Assembly (NCBI GenBank): GCA_045594745.1
Contig: JAZNZC010000151.1
Coordinates: 5,095 to 69,094 of the forward strand
Length of the DNA: 64,000 bases
Direction: 5' to 3'
Source of the DNA: Eubacteriales bacterium
GTDB taxonomy: Bacteria > Bacillota > Clostridia > Oscillospirales > CAG-272
A program made the translations under genes and the position numbers. The notes under the pieces are model-generated. The model did no database searches. It was not told the origin of the DNA and saw nothing but the letters and a program-made list of their open reading frames with translations. Below are positions 35,801-41,926 of this stretch, in pieces. Within the stretch, counting starts at the first letter, position 1. Each line of letters begins with the position of its first letter.

Positions 35801-38557
35801 TCTACCGTTCAAAAGATCGATAAGCAAGCATTCAGATACTGTAGTGCTCTCCACACCGTTACCTTCAATGAGGGCGGCGATGATCTCCTGATCATTGGCG
35901 ACGAGGCGTTCAGATACAACTATGCGCTGAACACTCTCGCTCTCCCTGCAAGAGCTTACAGCATTGGCAATAATGCCTTCCAAGAGTCGGGACTTACCTC
36001 TGTTACCTTTGCAGAGAATAGCGCACTCGTAGAGATTGGCGATTATGCATTCTCCGAGACTCCCGTTATCGATCTTGCAATTCCTGCAGGCGTTGTTAAC
36101 ATTGGAAGTTTCGCATTCTACCTCTGCGAAGATTTGCTCGGCATCACCTTCCAGGAAGGTCTCATCAGCATTGGCGATTATGCCTTTGCAGGTGACAATG
36201 CGCTTATTTCCGTAAGCTTCCCCGCAAGCCTTAAGACTCTTGGTGCAAGTGTATTCTATTACTATGATTACGATCCGCATTCCTGCTCTTCGTTGGAGTC
36301 TGTTACTTTTGCACCCAACTCGCAGCTCGAAAAGATACCTGCAGGTACCTTCGCATACACCTCGCTGAAGACCTTTACTGTTCCCGCAAACGTTACTGTG
36401 ATTGAGGGAACTGAAAAGAGCCCGGAAGAAGAAGCTCCTTCGGCATTCTTTGAAATTGCCACCCTTGAGAGCATTTACTTTGAGGACGGCAGCAAGTGCG
36501 CTGAAATTGGTGACTACACCTTTGAGGGCAGCAGTCTTAAGACCATCGAGCTTCCCACATCCGTAAGCACCATTGGTATGTATGCGTTCAGATACTGTGC
36601 TTCTCTTGAGAGCATCGTTATTCCCGAAACGGCAACCAACATTGGCAAGGGCGCTTTCTGGCAATGCACCGCTCTCGCTGAAGTAGATCTCAGAAGTAAG
36701 ACGACCGAGCTGGCAGAGGATCTCTTCTACGGCTGCACAAGTCTTACCGAGATCACCATTCCCGCAAGCGTTTCTGCTATCGCAAGTGATACGTTCCAAA
36801 ACACGGGTATTGCAGCGTTCAACGTAGATCCCAGAAATGTTACCTACAAAGCAGATGACGGTATCCTCTATACCGCTGACGGCACGGGCATCGTTATGAT
36901 CCCCGCACAAAAGGTAATCGTTGACTTTGTAGTTCCTAACACGGTTACATCTATCGGCGACAGACTCTTCTATGGACTTGAAAGCCTTGAAACTCTCGTA
37001 TTTGAGGGTGGACGCACCGAGCCCATTACCATTGGTGAAGAGGCATTTGCAGAGTGCATTAACCTGAGAAGTGTTGAGCTTACCGAAATGATCACCGCTA
37101 TTGGAGCAGAAGCATTCTACTACTGCTCGTCGCTTGCTACGATCACCATTCCTTCGGATATGACCGAGAGCGTATTCCTCACAAATAGCTGGGGAGATAG
37201 TGATGCATTCTATGGTTGCTCCTCTTTGATCGAGATCTGCAACAAGTCCAAAATCGAGCTTAAGCCCGGTGATGATGAAACCTGTGGCGGCGTTGCATAT
37301 TACGCTATTCGCATTTACTCCGAGGGCGAAAGCACCATCAAAACCAGCGATGACTTTACCACTCTGACTCTTGAAAACGGTGACGTATATCTCATTTCCT
37401 ACGTTGGCAATGAGACTAGTCTGACGATTCCCGAGGGAATTACTCATATCTACTCTTATGCATTCAGCAACAGTGAGGTACTTGAGCACGTTACTTTCGC
37501 ATCTACCGTTAAGGAGATTATGGAGGGCGCGTTCTACGAGTCTACCGTTACAAGTGTAACTCTGAACGAGGGTCTTGAAGCGATTGGTGAAGGCGCATTC
37601 TATTATTCTGCTTTGGAATCTCTCACGCTTCCTTCCACCATTAAGGAAATTATGGCCGAAGCATTCTACGGATCTTCTATAACGAGCATTACGCTCAATG
37701 AGGGCCTTGAGGTGATTGGTGAAAGCGCATTCTATTATTCCGATTTGGAATCTCTCACGCTTCCTTCCACTATCAAGACGATCGGAAGCAGAGCATTCTA
37801 TTCCACCGCTCTTCATGGTAGTATCGCTCTTCCCGAATCTCTTGAAACAATCGGATCCAGTGCTTTCTACTATGTTGACGACGTTATCACGTTCCTTGTT
37901 GCTGCTCCCTCCGCACCCGAAGGATGGGCTGACGGTTGGGCTGCGTACGATTACTACGACGGCGATCATATGGTTCTTTGGGGCTTCACCGGTGAGGAGA
38001 TCACTTATACCTTTGAGACCAATGGCGGTAGTGCAGTTGAAAGCATCACCAGCGCAGAGCCCATTACTCTTCCCGCAGCACCTACCCGTGACGGTTATGT
38101 ATTTGACGGTTGGTATAATAATGAAGCGTTGGAAGGCGAAGCTCTTACAGGCTCCTACTACAACGGAACCGTAACCACCATTTATGCTAAGTGGATGACT
38201 CAAGAGGAGTTTGAAGCACAATTTGCAGGAACAAGTTTTGAGTATGCTATTGAGCTTCAACTTGGCGAAACCAAGACTTACCTCCTTGCTGAAAGATGGG
38301 TGGAAGCATACTATAAGATCACAGTAACTGAAAGCGGAAACTACACCTTCAGCCTGATCGGTGGTGATACTTATATGTGCTGTTATGATGATCCCGATAG
38401 CTATTCTGATTGGTATAGTTATAGTACCTATGGTGAGGCGGGTTACGTCGATAATATTAAGTCTGGTGTTGCTCTTGAAGCAGGAGTTACTTATTATATC
38501 GAGTTCTACTCTTATGATGATAACACAGAACTTACTATTACAGTAACCAAAGATTGA
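29831..38557 (+). CDS. giant surface lipoprotein: B-repeats, Fn3-like modules, about 1800-aa BspA-type LRR array, C-terminal beta-sandwich (PPC-like) domain
   Basis: RBS AGGAGG. Lipobox MAVAC (Cys codon 29906-29908). GFVFVGWY, GYTFGGWW, GYDFVAWY and GYVFDGWY B-repeat cores. W..V.GA..Y.V Fn3-like modules. IGxxAFxxC repeats. Confidence 0.9.
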   Translation: MTTKRRILSLILVLVLALVCCMAVACGNDKPDDEQTTTVPNNGNNEPTKTEWPEAGVYYFDDVNFENTLTLNVGDTFSLYVKGVLSAGKYTLTDSQLVLDFNAEGVSDVTATYEGGVISLTYQDASMRFLKKINYTVNFNVDGGSEVAAQTVLNGKGATKPADPTRTGFVFVGWYADAEFKTAYAFGATPVTADTTIYARWIAETVTGKEFTVQLNANYEGAPALEAALTAGGKLFGLPVLDREGYTFGGWWFSTESDGSKLSYKYEDNMPIDANTALYALWIANPADSKLAVPVVNVNASNISWNPIDGARAYDVKVIAEDGEVMIDTSVAGTVLNVSFKDWDAGKYEIIVTAKANSGEQNDSAATRYYVNKALNKVSEFFVDGSMLVFNTVENAEKYIITVVCGNPNHNHTAFDNGSSRTFNFANCTMTADGIQFTVTAVADGYASSTSDVFTVTKNLDSVGGFRFDEATQTLVWNEVASAESYMVSVKCGNSAHNHDFVNFGTQTFVSLKGCDAAEGGIVVKVYPKTEGYNSPAASEFVYTKTVLGTPTDLLLVGNVLSWNAVAGAEKYEVTVNGVAYESTTNSFDLTPMVDVIEGVEYTLTVQAKGASDSLVSDELVASYYEMSDKVSYANGKLTWTPVIGADHYEIQVNDGEIVKAEGGVHSALVTLNKKGENLVKVRFVDGKNTSEWVSTTVIAHRVTFDTLGGKPVDAQFKAVGDPIVLPVTEKTGYDFVAWYNVPGGALSNGAAYEDVIFTESGDIVLYGYYNAKKYEVVYNYGVGGTGTLTSDLVSFDGNYTLIVPTASSVAGAFGGWFSAPYGMGVQYTDESGNSLAPWTLTEGKELYAFWIDETLSFTLTKVNGKEAYAVSKGSRIDLVTELTIPATYRGLPVTFIAGNAFANCSNLKVINLPETIEQISLISPFEGCSSLTAINVYEVEGVAAPVFTSVDGVLLDIGTAGKTKIALVPMAKTGTFRIPAGVTEIPEAAFAGSSISKVIIPAQVTTIGREAFKDNANLTSVVFEVNTEGSSAPLTIGTRAFMNCTKLEKITLPARLTEIKLQRYSVSDGIVNTTEGDNAFIGCSSLESINVASNNQNYKAIDSVLYSKDGRTLLFVPASVKGTFVVPEGTRNIAAGAFVGCHSISEVTLPGSLVLIGECAFYGLENLATLTFNGGALNDLEVEKYAFMDCKDLTTVTLSEGSRLAKLGDSAFQGCEELKEFTFSASMSSVGAAAFANCTSLESVTFATSERTLSFGENTFMNCTALTTVNLPANVNKIPGVFTGCTSLEAVNVDANSQYLTSVDGVVYDKAMTEIVFFPQGKNGDFELPATVTTITNGVFQNVTLGTLTISNAVTVIGDDAFNSANIDAIVFTGEATGTLTIGANAFRNAELGALTLPAHTVSIGHSAFYETTADSIVLNEGLVTLGDYAFWGAELDITVPASVKTIGSYCFSGYAEGGWWSSTYYYPSVTLTVEGSVLENIGNGAFEGNIYITELVIPASVKAIGNYAFYGCEELGKVTFAGTPVIESIGAFAFANESSYDASYNFTEITIPASVKTIGAYAFANTRLEKVIFENGTEDLVLGATFVDRYYNESMGTYYTDIYRGHVFYYCDYLETVELPSRLTVLEEGTFKFAGYYVDALSVTITGDNPRLTTIGAECFYSSALVSFVIPKSVRNLPAYTDPASGETYDRLGIGANAFYGLYDSLTSLTFEMGGDAPLTIGANAFDNADLLTSIVLPARLASYTSYTGEEIAPLANGALVFNSCGGLTSVTVENQSGAYYTSLNGVLMTADMKELVYYPVAREGEFTVPASVIKIHDRAFYEATMLTSLVFEGGSEKMYIGNEAFERCSGLTAVVLPSNVVSLGDEAFYGCSELVSLTLSASLMDFSSSMVDRCDKLAAINVGADGQGAYYSSIDGVLYSADKSALVVYPLAKTDEELVVDANVEVIYASAFYGNENIKKVVLPEGLVEIQAAAFDFCSALEEVNIPSTVQKIDKQAFRYCSALHTVTFNEGGDDLLIIGDEAFRYNYALNTLALPARAYSIGNNAFQESGLTSVTFAENSALVEIGDYAFSETPVIDLAIPAGVVNIGSFAFYLCEDLLGITFQEGLISIGDYAFAGDNALISVSFPASLKTLGASVFYYYDYDPHSCSSLESVTFAPNSQLEKIPAGTFAYTSLKTFTVPANVTVIEGTEKSPEEEAPSAFFEIATLESIYFEDGSKCAEIGDYTFEGSSLKTIELPTSVSTIGMYAFRYCASLESIVIPETATNIGKGAFWQCTALAEVDLRSKTTELAEDLFYGCTSLTEITIPASVSAIASDTFQNTGIAAFNVDPRNVTYKADDGILYTADGTGIVMIPAQKVIVDFVVPNTVTSIGDRLFYGLESLETLVFEGGRTEPITIGEEAFAECINLRSVELTEMITAIGAEAFYYCSSLATITIPSDMTESVFLTNSWGDSDAFYGCSSLIEICNKSKIELKPGDDETCGGVAYYAIRIYSEGESTIKTSDDFTTLTLENGDVYLISYVGNETSLTIPEGITHIYSYAFSNSEVLEHVTFASTVKEIMEGAFYESTVTSVTLNEGLEAIGEGAFYYSALESLTLPSTIKEIMAEAFYGSSITSITLNEGLEVIGESAFYYSDLESLTLPSTIKTIGSRAFYSTALHGSIALPESLETIGSSAFYYVDDVITFLVAAPSAPEGWADGWAAYDYYDGDHMVLWGFTGEEITYTFETNGGSAVESITSAEPITLPAAPTRDGYVFDGWYNNEALEGEALTGSYYNGTVTTIYAKWMTQEEFEAQFAGTSFEYAIELQLGETKTYLLAERWVEAYYKITVTESGNYTFSLIGGDTYMCCYDDPDSYSDWYSYSTYGEAGYVDNIKSGVALEAGVTYYIEFYSYDDNTELTITVTKD
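32390..37900 (+). other. BspA-type LRR array of the 2908-aa lipoprotein (approximate limits)
   Basis: Continuous xIGxxAFxxCxxLxxVxxP-type repeats. Confidence 0.8.
37505..37815 (+). repeat. 132-nt (44-aa) tandem duplication, about 2.3 copies, inside the LRR array
   Basis: Register points ACCGTTAAGGAGATTATG at 37505, ACCATTAAGGAAATTATG at 37637 and ACTATCAAGACGATCGG at 37769. Cores are near-identical. Confidence 0.85.
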
Positions 38558-38634
38558 TTGAAAGATCTAAAAACAAAACCACAGACACCCGTCTGTGAAT
38601 AACTCTTAAAAGACATCGTTAGTATAACGAGTCT

Positions 38635-38659
38635 GCCGAGGGGCTATATGCCCCTCGGC
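38635..38659 (+). terminator. perfect 10-bp GC-rich hairpin downstream of the giant lipoprotein gene
   Basis: GCCGAGGGGC-tatat-GCCCCTCGGC with no T-tract. A second hairpin lies at 38580-38597. Confidence 0.45.
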
Positions 38660-38666
38660 GTAAGGG

Positions 38667-38724
38667 ATATTCCAATTACATTGGGTGGAAAGCACCTGTT
38701 TTCCATTCAATCTAATTGGAATAT
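38667..38724 (+). promoter_or_regulatory. 58-nt imperfect inverted repeat just upstream of the MoxR-operon first gene
   Basis: Outer arms ATATTCCAATTA/TAATTGGAATAT (12 bp). Inner pair GGAAA/TTTCC. Ends 23 nt before ATG 38748. Confidence 0.5.
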
Positions 38725-38747
38725 AGAAAGAAAGGAATATATATTTT

Positions 38748-39884
38748 ATGAATGATGCAAAACAAATGTTTAAGAAGCATTATTCACGCTTAATTCTCGA
38801 GGCGGTCATCAAATCCGCCCTCGCAGGACTTGCAGTGGGCTGTGGAGCAAACTTTCTTGCGGCTCTTGCGGCGTGGATATTTGACTTCGGCGGAGTGTGG
38901 TTTGCGATAGGAATAGGAGCAGGCGTGTGGCTTGTTAGTGGCGTACTGTTCTTCTTCCTTAAGTATAAGCCGTCCGTTGTCCAAACCGCCGAGCGAATGG
39001 ACAGACTTGGCCTTGAGGAGCGTATGATAACGATGCTCGAGCTCGAGGGCGATGACTCTTACATAGCCACGGCACAACGTGAGAATGCAAAAGCAAGTAT
39101 CGCTTGCGTTGAAGGAAGAAAGATACGACTTCGTATCTCCAAAATCGTCGCCTGCCTTGCGGCAGTATCTCTGATACTCGGGGCGTCTATGACGACTATT
39201 ACCGGCCTTGCCGGCAACGATATTATCCCTGATTTTAATGAAGTTGTCGAAGATGATCCCTACGCTAACTATCTTGCCGTTACCTATATGGTAGAGGAAG
39301 GTGGATGGATCGAGGGAGAAGCCGACCAGCTTGTAGAGCCGGGCGGATCGACCACCCCTGTTGTTGCAATGGCAGAGGACGGTTGGGTCTTTGAGGGCTG
39401 GGATGACGGATATGCCAATCCCGAAAGACAAGAAACCGAGGTTACCACCGAGCTTTATTTTGTCGCTGTTTTTGTGCAGATAGACGAGGGCGACGGTGAC
39501 ACCGAGGGTGAAGGCGAGGGCGGTAAAGAAGGCTCCTCGTCCAACGAAGGCGATAAGGCAGAGGACCTTCCCTCAAGTGGAAGTGCAAATGTCGAGAGCG
39601 ACCAAAACGGCGGCCAGGGAAGTGAGGGCGACGGCTCCGGTTCCTCGGGCGAAAACGAAGGCGGCCAAGGCTCGAGCGATGAGCAGGGCGAAGGCAAAGG
39701 TGACGGTAAAGGTCAAGGTGCAGGTGGTAAATGGGAGGATTCCAACCAATTTATCGACGGAAACACTTATTATAGAGATTACCTCGAGTACTACTATCAA
39801 TATGCACTTGGTATATTTGAAGAAAATGGAGAAATCCCCCCCGATTTCCGTGAATTCTTCGAGACCTATTTCAACAGTATATAA
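38748..39884 (+). CDS. membrane protein (3 predicted TM) with extracellular B-repeat, acidic Gly/Glu/Asp/Ser-rich tract and Tyr-rich C-terminus
   Basis: Three hydrophobic segments. DGWVFEGWDDGYANP B-repeat core. Low-complexity GEGEGGKEGSS...GQGSEGDGSGSSGENEGGQGSS. Confidence 0.8.
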   Translation: MNDAKQMFKKHYSRLILEAVIKSALAGLAVGCGANFLAALAAWIFDFGGVWFAIGIGAGVWLVSGVLFFFLKYKPSVVQTAERMDRLGLEERMITMLELEGDDSYIATAQRENAKASIACVEGRKIRLRISKIVACLAAVSLILGASMTTITGLAGNDIIPDFNEVVEDDPYANYLAVTYMVEEGGWIEGEADQLVEPGGSTTPVVAMAEDGWVFEGWDDGYANPERQETEVTTELYFVAVFVQIDEGDGDTEGEGEGGKEGSSSNEGDKAEDLPSSGSANVESDQNGGQGSEGDGSGSSGENEGGQGSSDEQGEGKGDGKGQGAGGKWEDSNQFIDGNTYYRDYLEYYYQYALGIFEENGEIPPDFREFFETYFNSI

Positions 39885-39920
39885 AAAATATAAAAAATCA
39901 ATAAAAAGGTAGACAGAAAA

Positions 39921-41027
39921 ATGGTTACAGAACAAAACATTCAAAAATTCAGCACACAATGCAAAAACATTTTCGAACAGATCGGCCGCGACGTAATCGG
40001 ACAAAAAGATGTTATCGAGGGTGCGGTCATCGCTATGATCGCAGGCGGTAACGTACTTCTGGAAGGTGTTCCCGGCGTAGGTAAGACACGTCTTGTACGT
40101 TCTCTTGGTAGAGTATTCGATCTTCCTTTCTCGAGAATCCAGTTTACTCCCGACCTTATGCCCGCAGACGTTACGGGTACGAATATCATCATTAAGGATG
40201 ATGCAGGCAACTCCAGATTCGAGTTCCAACCCGGTCCTATCTTCTCCAACATTATTCTTGCGGACGAAATTAACCGTGCTACTCCTAAGACGCAGTCTGC
40301 ACTTCTTGAGGCAATGCAGGAGCATACCGTTACCGTAATGGGCGTTTCCAGAAAGCTCGAAGAGCCCTTCTTCGTTTTGGCTACTCAAAACCCCGTTGAG
40401 CAGGACGGTACATATCCGCTTCCCGAGGCACAAATGGACCGTCTTATGTTCAAGATCATCGTTAAGAATCCTTCTCTTGACGAGCTGATGGATATCGTTA
40501 ATATGACACAAAAGACCATGGCAGAGGTTGCAGATGCAGCTTGTAACGGCGCTGATCTTTTGGAGATGAGAGCTACCGCTAACCAGATCCCCGTAGCGGA
40601 AGAGGTTATGAGATACGCGATGACTCTTTGCTCGGCAACGCACCCCGATAGCGATTGCGCATCCGAGGCAGCAAAGAAGTACGTTCGTCTGGGTGCATCC
40701 CCCCGTGCAGGTCAGGCTCTTATTTCCGCTGCTAAGGTCAAGGCACTTATGAGCGGCAGATTCAATGTTTCCTACGACGATATCAATGCACTTGCATATC
40801 CCGTTCTTCGTCACAGAATGAAGCTCACCTTTGAAGCAATCGCAGAAAGAGTTTCGGCTGACGAGATCGTAACAATGATCATTGATGAGCTGACCGGAAA
40901 GAAGAAGCTTAAAAATGAGGCTCCCTCGGTTACTGCCGCGGAGCTCACTGCCACATCTGCAGAACAGACTGCAATCGAGGGAAAAGTCCCCGGTACTACA
41001 AAAAAGCGTAAATTTGGGAGAAAATAA
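39921..41027 (+). CDS. MoxR-family AAA+ ATPase
   Basis: Walker A GVPGVGKT. Walker B and sensor region ILADEINRATPKTQSALLEAMQE. Confidence 0.9.
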   Translation: MVTEQNIQKFSTQCKNIFEQIGRDVIGQKDVIEGAVIAMIAGGNVLLEGVPGVGKTRLVRSLGRVFDLPFSRIQFTPDLMPADVTGTNIIIKDDAGNSRFEFQPGPIFSNIILADEINRATPKTQSALLEAMQEHTVTVMGVSRKLEEPFFVLATQNPVEQDGTYPLPEAQMDRLMFKIIVKNPSLDELMDIVNMTQKTMAEVADAACNGADLLEMRATANQIPVAEEVMRYAMTLCSATHPDSDCASEAAKKYVRLGASPRAGQALISAAKVKALMSGRFNVSYDDINALAYPVLRHRMKLTFEAIAERVSADEIVTMIIDELTGKKKLKNEAPSVTAAELTATSAEQTAIEGKVPGTTKKRKFGRK

Positions 41028-41926
41028 TGAAGGGTTCATACTTAAACGATGAATTTTTCAGTCGTTTAGAGACCTTGTCGTTAGAGCTCAAGGCAGATCT
41101 TGCCGGATTTTTTGGCGGTAAACATCTTGTAAAAACCTATGGACAAACGGTCGAATTTGCCGATTACCGAGAATATATGCTCGGTGACGATATTCGCCGT
41201 ATTGACTGGAATCTTTACAGCCGTTTTGAAAAGTTTTTCTTAAAGCTTTTCACCGACGAAAGACAGATGCACACGCAAATTTTCCTTGACTGCTCCGGCT
41301 CTATGGGAAAGGTCAATCCCGAAAAGGCAGAATATGCAATAGCGGTTGCTGCTTCTTTGGGTTATCTTTCTGTGCATAATATGGACAAGGTATCGTTTAA
41401 GCTGATCAACGGCGAAAAAGCAGAGGATCCCTTCGGCACTATCGTTGGCAAGCGCGCGTTCTTTAACGCTATTAGCTCGCTGAATACAGTGGAATTTGAC
41501 GGAGAGAGCGATCTTCGTTCATCGATCATCAATGCGCCCAATCCGGGCAACAACGACGGCTTGACTGTTATCATTTCAGATTTCTTTACCGACAGCGATT
41601 GGAAGAGCGCGGTAGATTATCTTTGCTATAAGAAGAGACAGGTAATGCTCATTCAGGTAATGACGCCTGAAGAGAAGGATCCTCTTTATATGGGCAGAAT
41701 GAATCTCATCGACTCGGAATCTGTTGATATTCAAGACGTCCGAAATATGAAAATGAAAATCGACCGTACATCGCAAGCTGCATACGAGAAGGCTCTCGAG
41801 GAGATACATAATTCGCTTACCTCGTTTGCAAATTCACGCGGTGTAGCATTTGTGTCGGTATGCACCAATCAGCCTATTGAAAAAGTGCTATTCAAAAAAT
41901 TGCTAAAGGTAGGTATTATGGCATGA
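41027..41926 (+). CDS. DUF58 domain protein (VWA-like, MoxR partner)
   Basis: FADYREYMLGDDIRRIDW signature. TAATG overlap with the MoxR gene. Confidence 0.9.
   Translation: MKGSYLNDEFFSRLETLSLELKADLAGFFGGKHLVKTYGQTVEFADYREYMLGDDIRRIDWNLYSRFEKFFLKLFTDERQMHTQIFLDCSGSMGKVNPEKAEYAIAVAASLGYLSVHNMDKVSFKLINGEKAEDPFGTIVGKRAFFNAISSLNTVEFDGESDLRSSIINAPNPGNNDGLTVIISDFFTDSDWKSAVDYLCYKKRQVMLIQVMTPEEKDPLYMGRMNLIDSESVDIQDVRNMKMKIDRTSQAAYEKALEEIHNSLTSFANSRGVAFVSVCTNQPIEKVLFKKLLKVGIMA

Noticed and set aside
29870-38260. 2796-aa minus-strand ORF, the longest antisense ORF in the window
   Set aside because: It is exactly codon-aligned with the well-supported + strand lipoprotein gene. It stays open only because that gene lacks in-frame TTA, CTA and TCA codons. 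There is no RBS and no recognisable domains, and the translated composition is skewed, as expected from reading LRR codons backwards. It is a shadow ORF.
39455-39912. ORFs 39455-39697(-) and 39496-39912(+) within the 38748 gene
   Set aside because: They are alternative-frame readings of the GGC/GAA/GAG-rich low-complexity tract. The in-frame gene has TM segments and a B-repeat motif.
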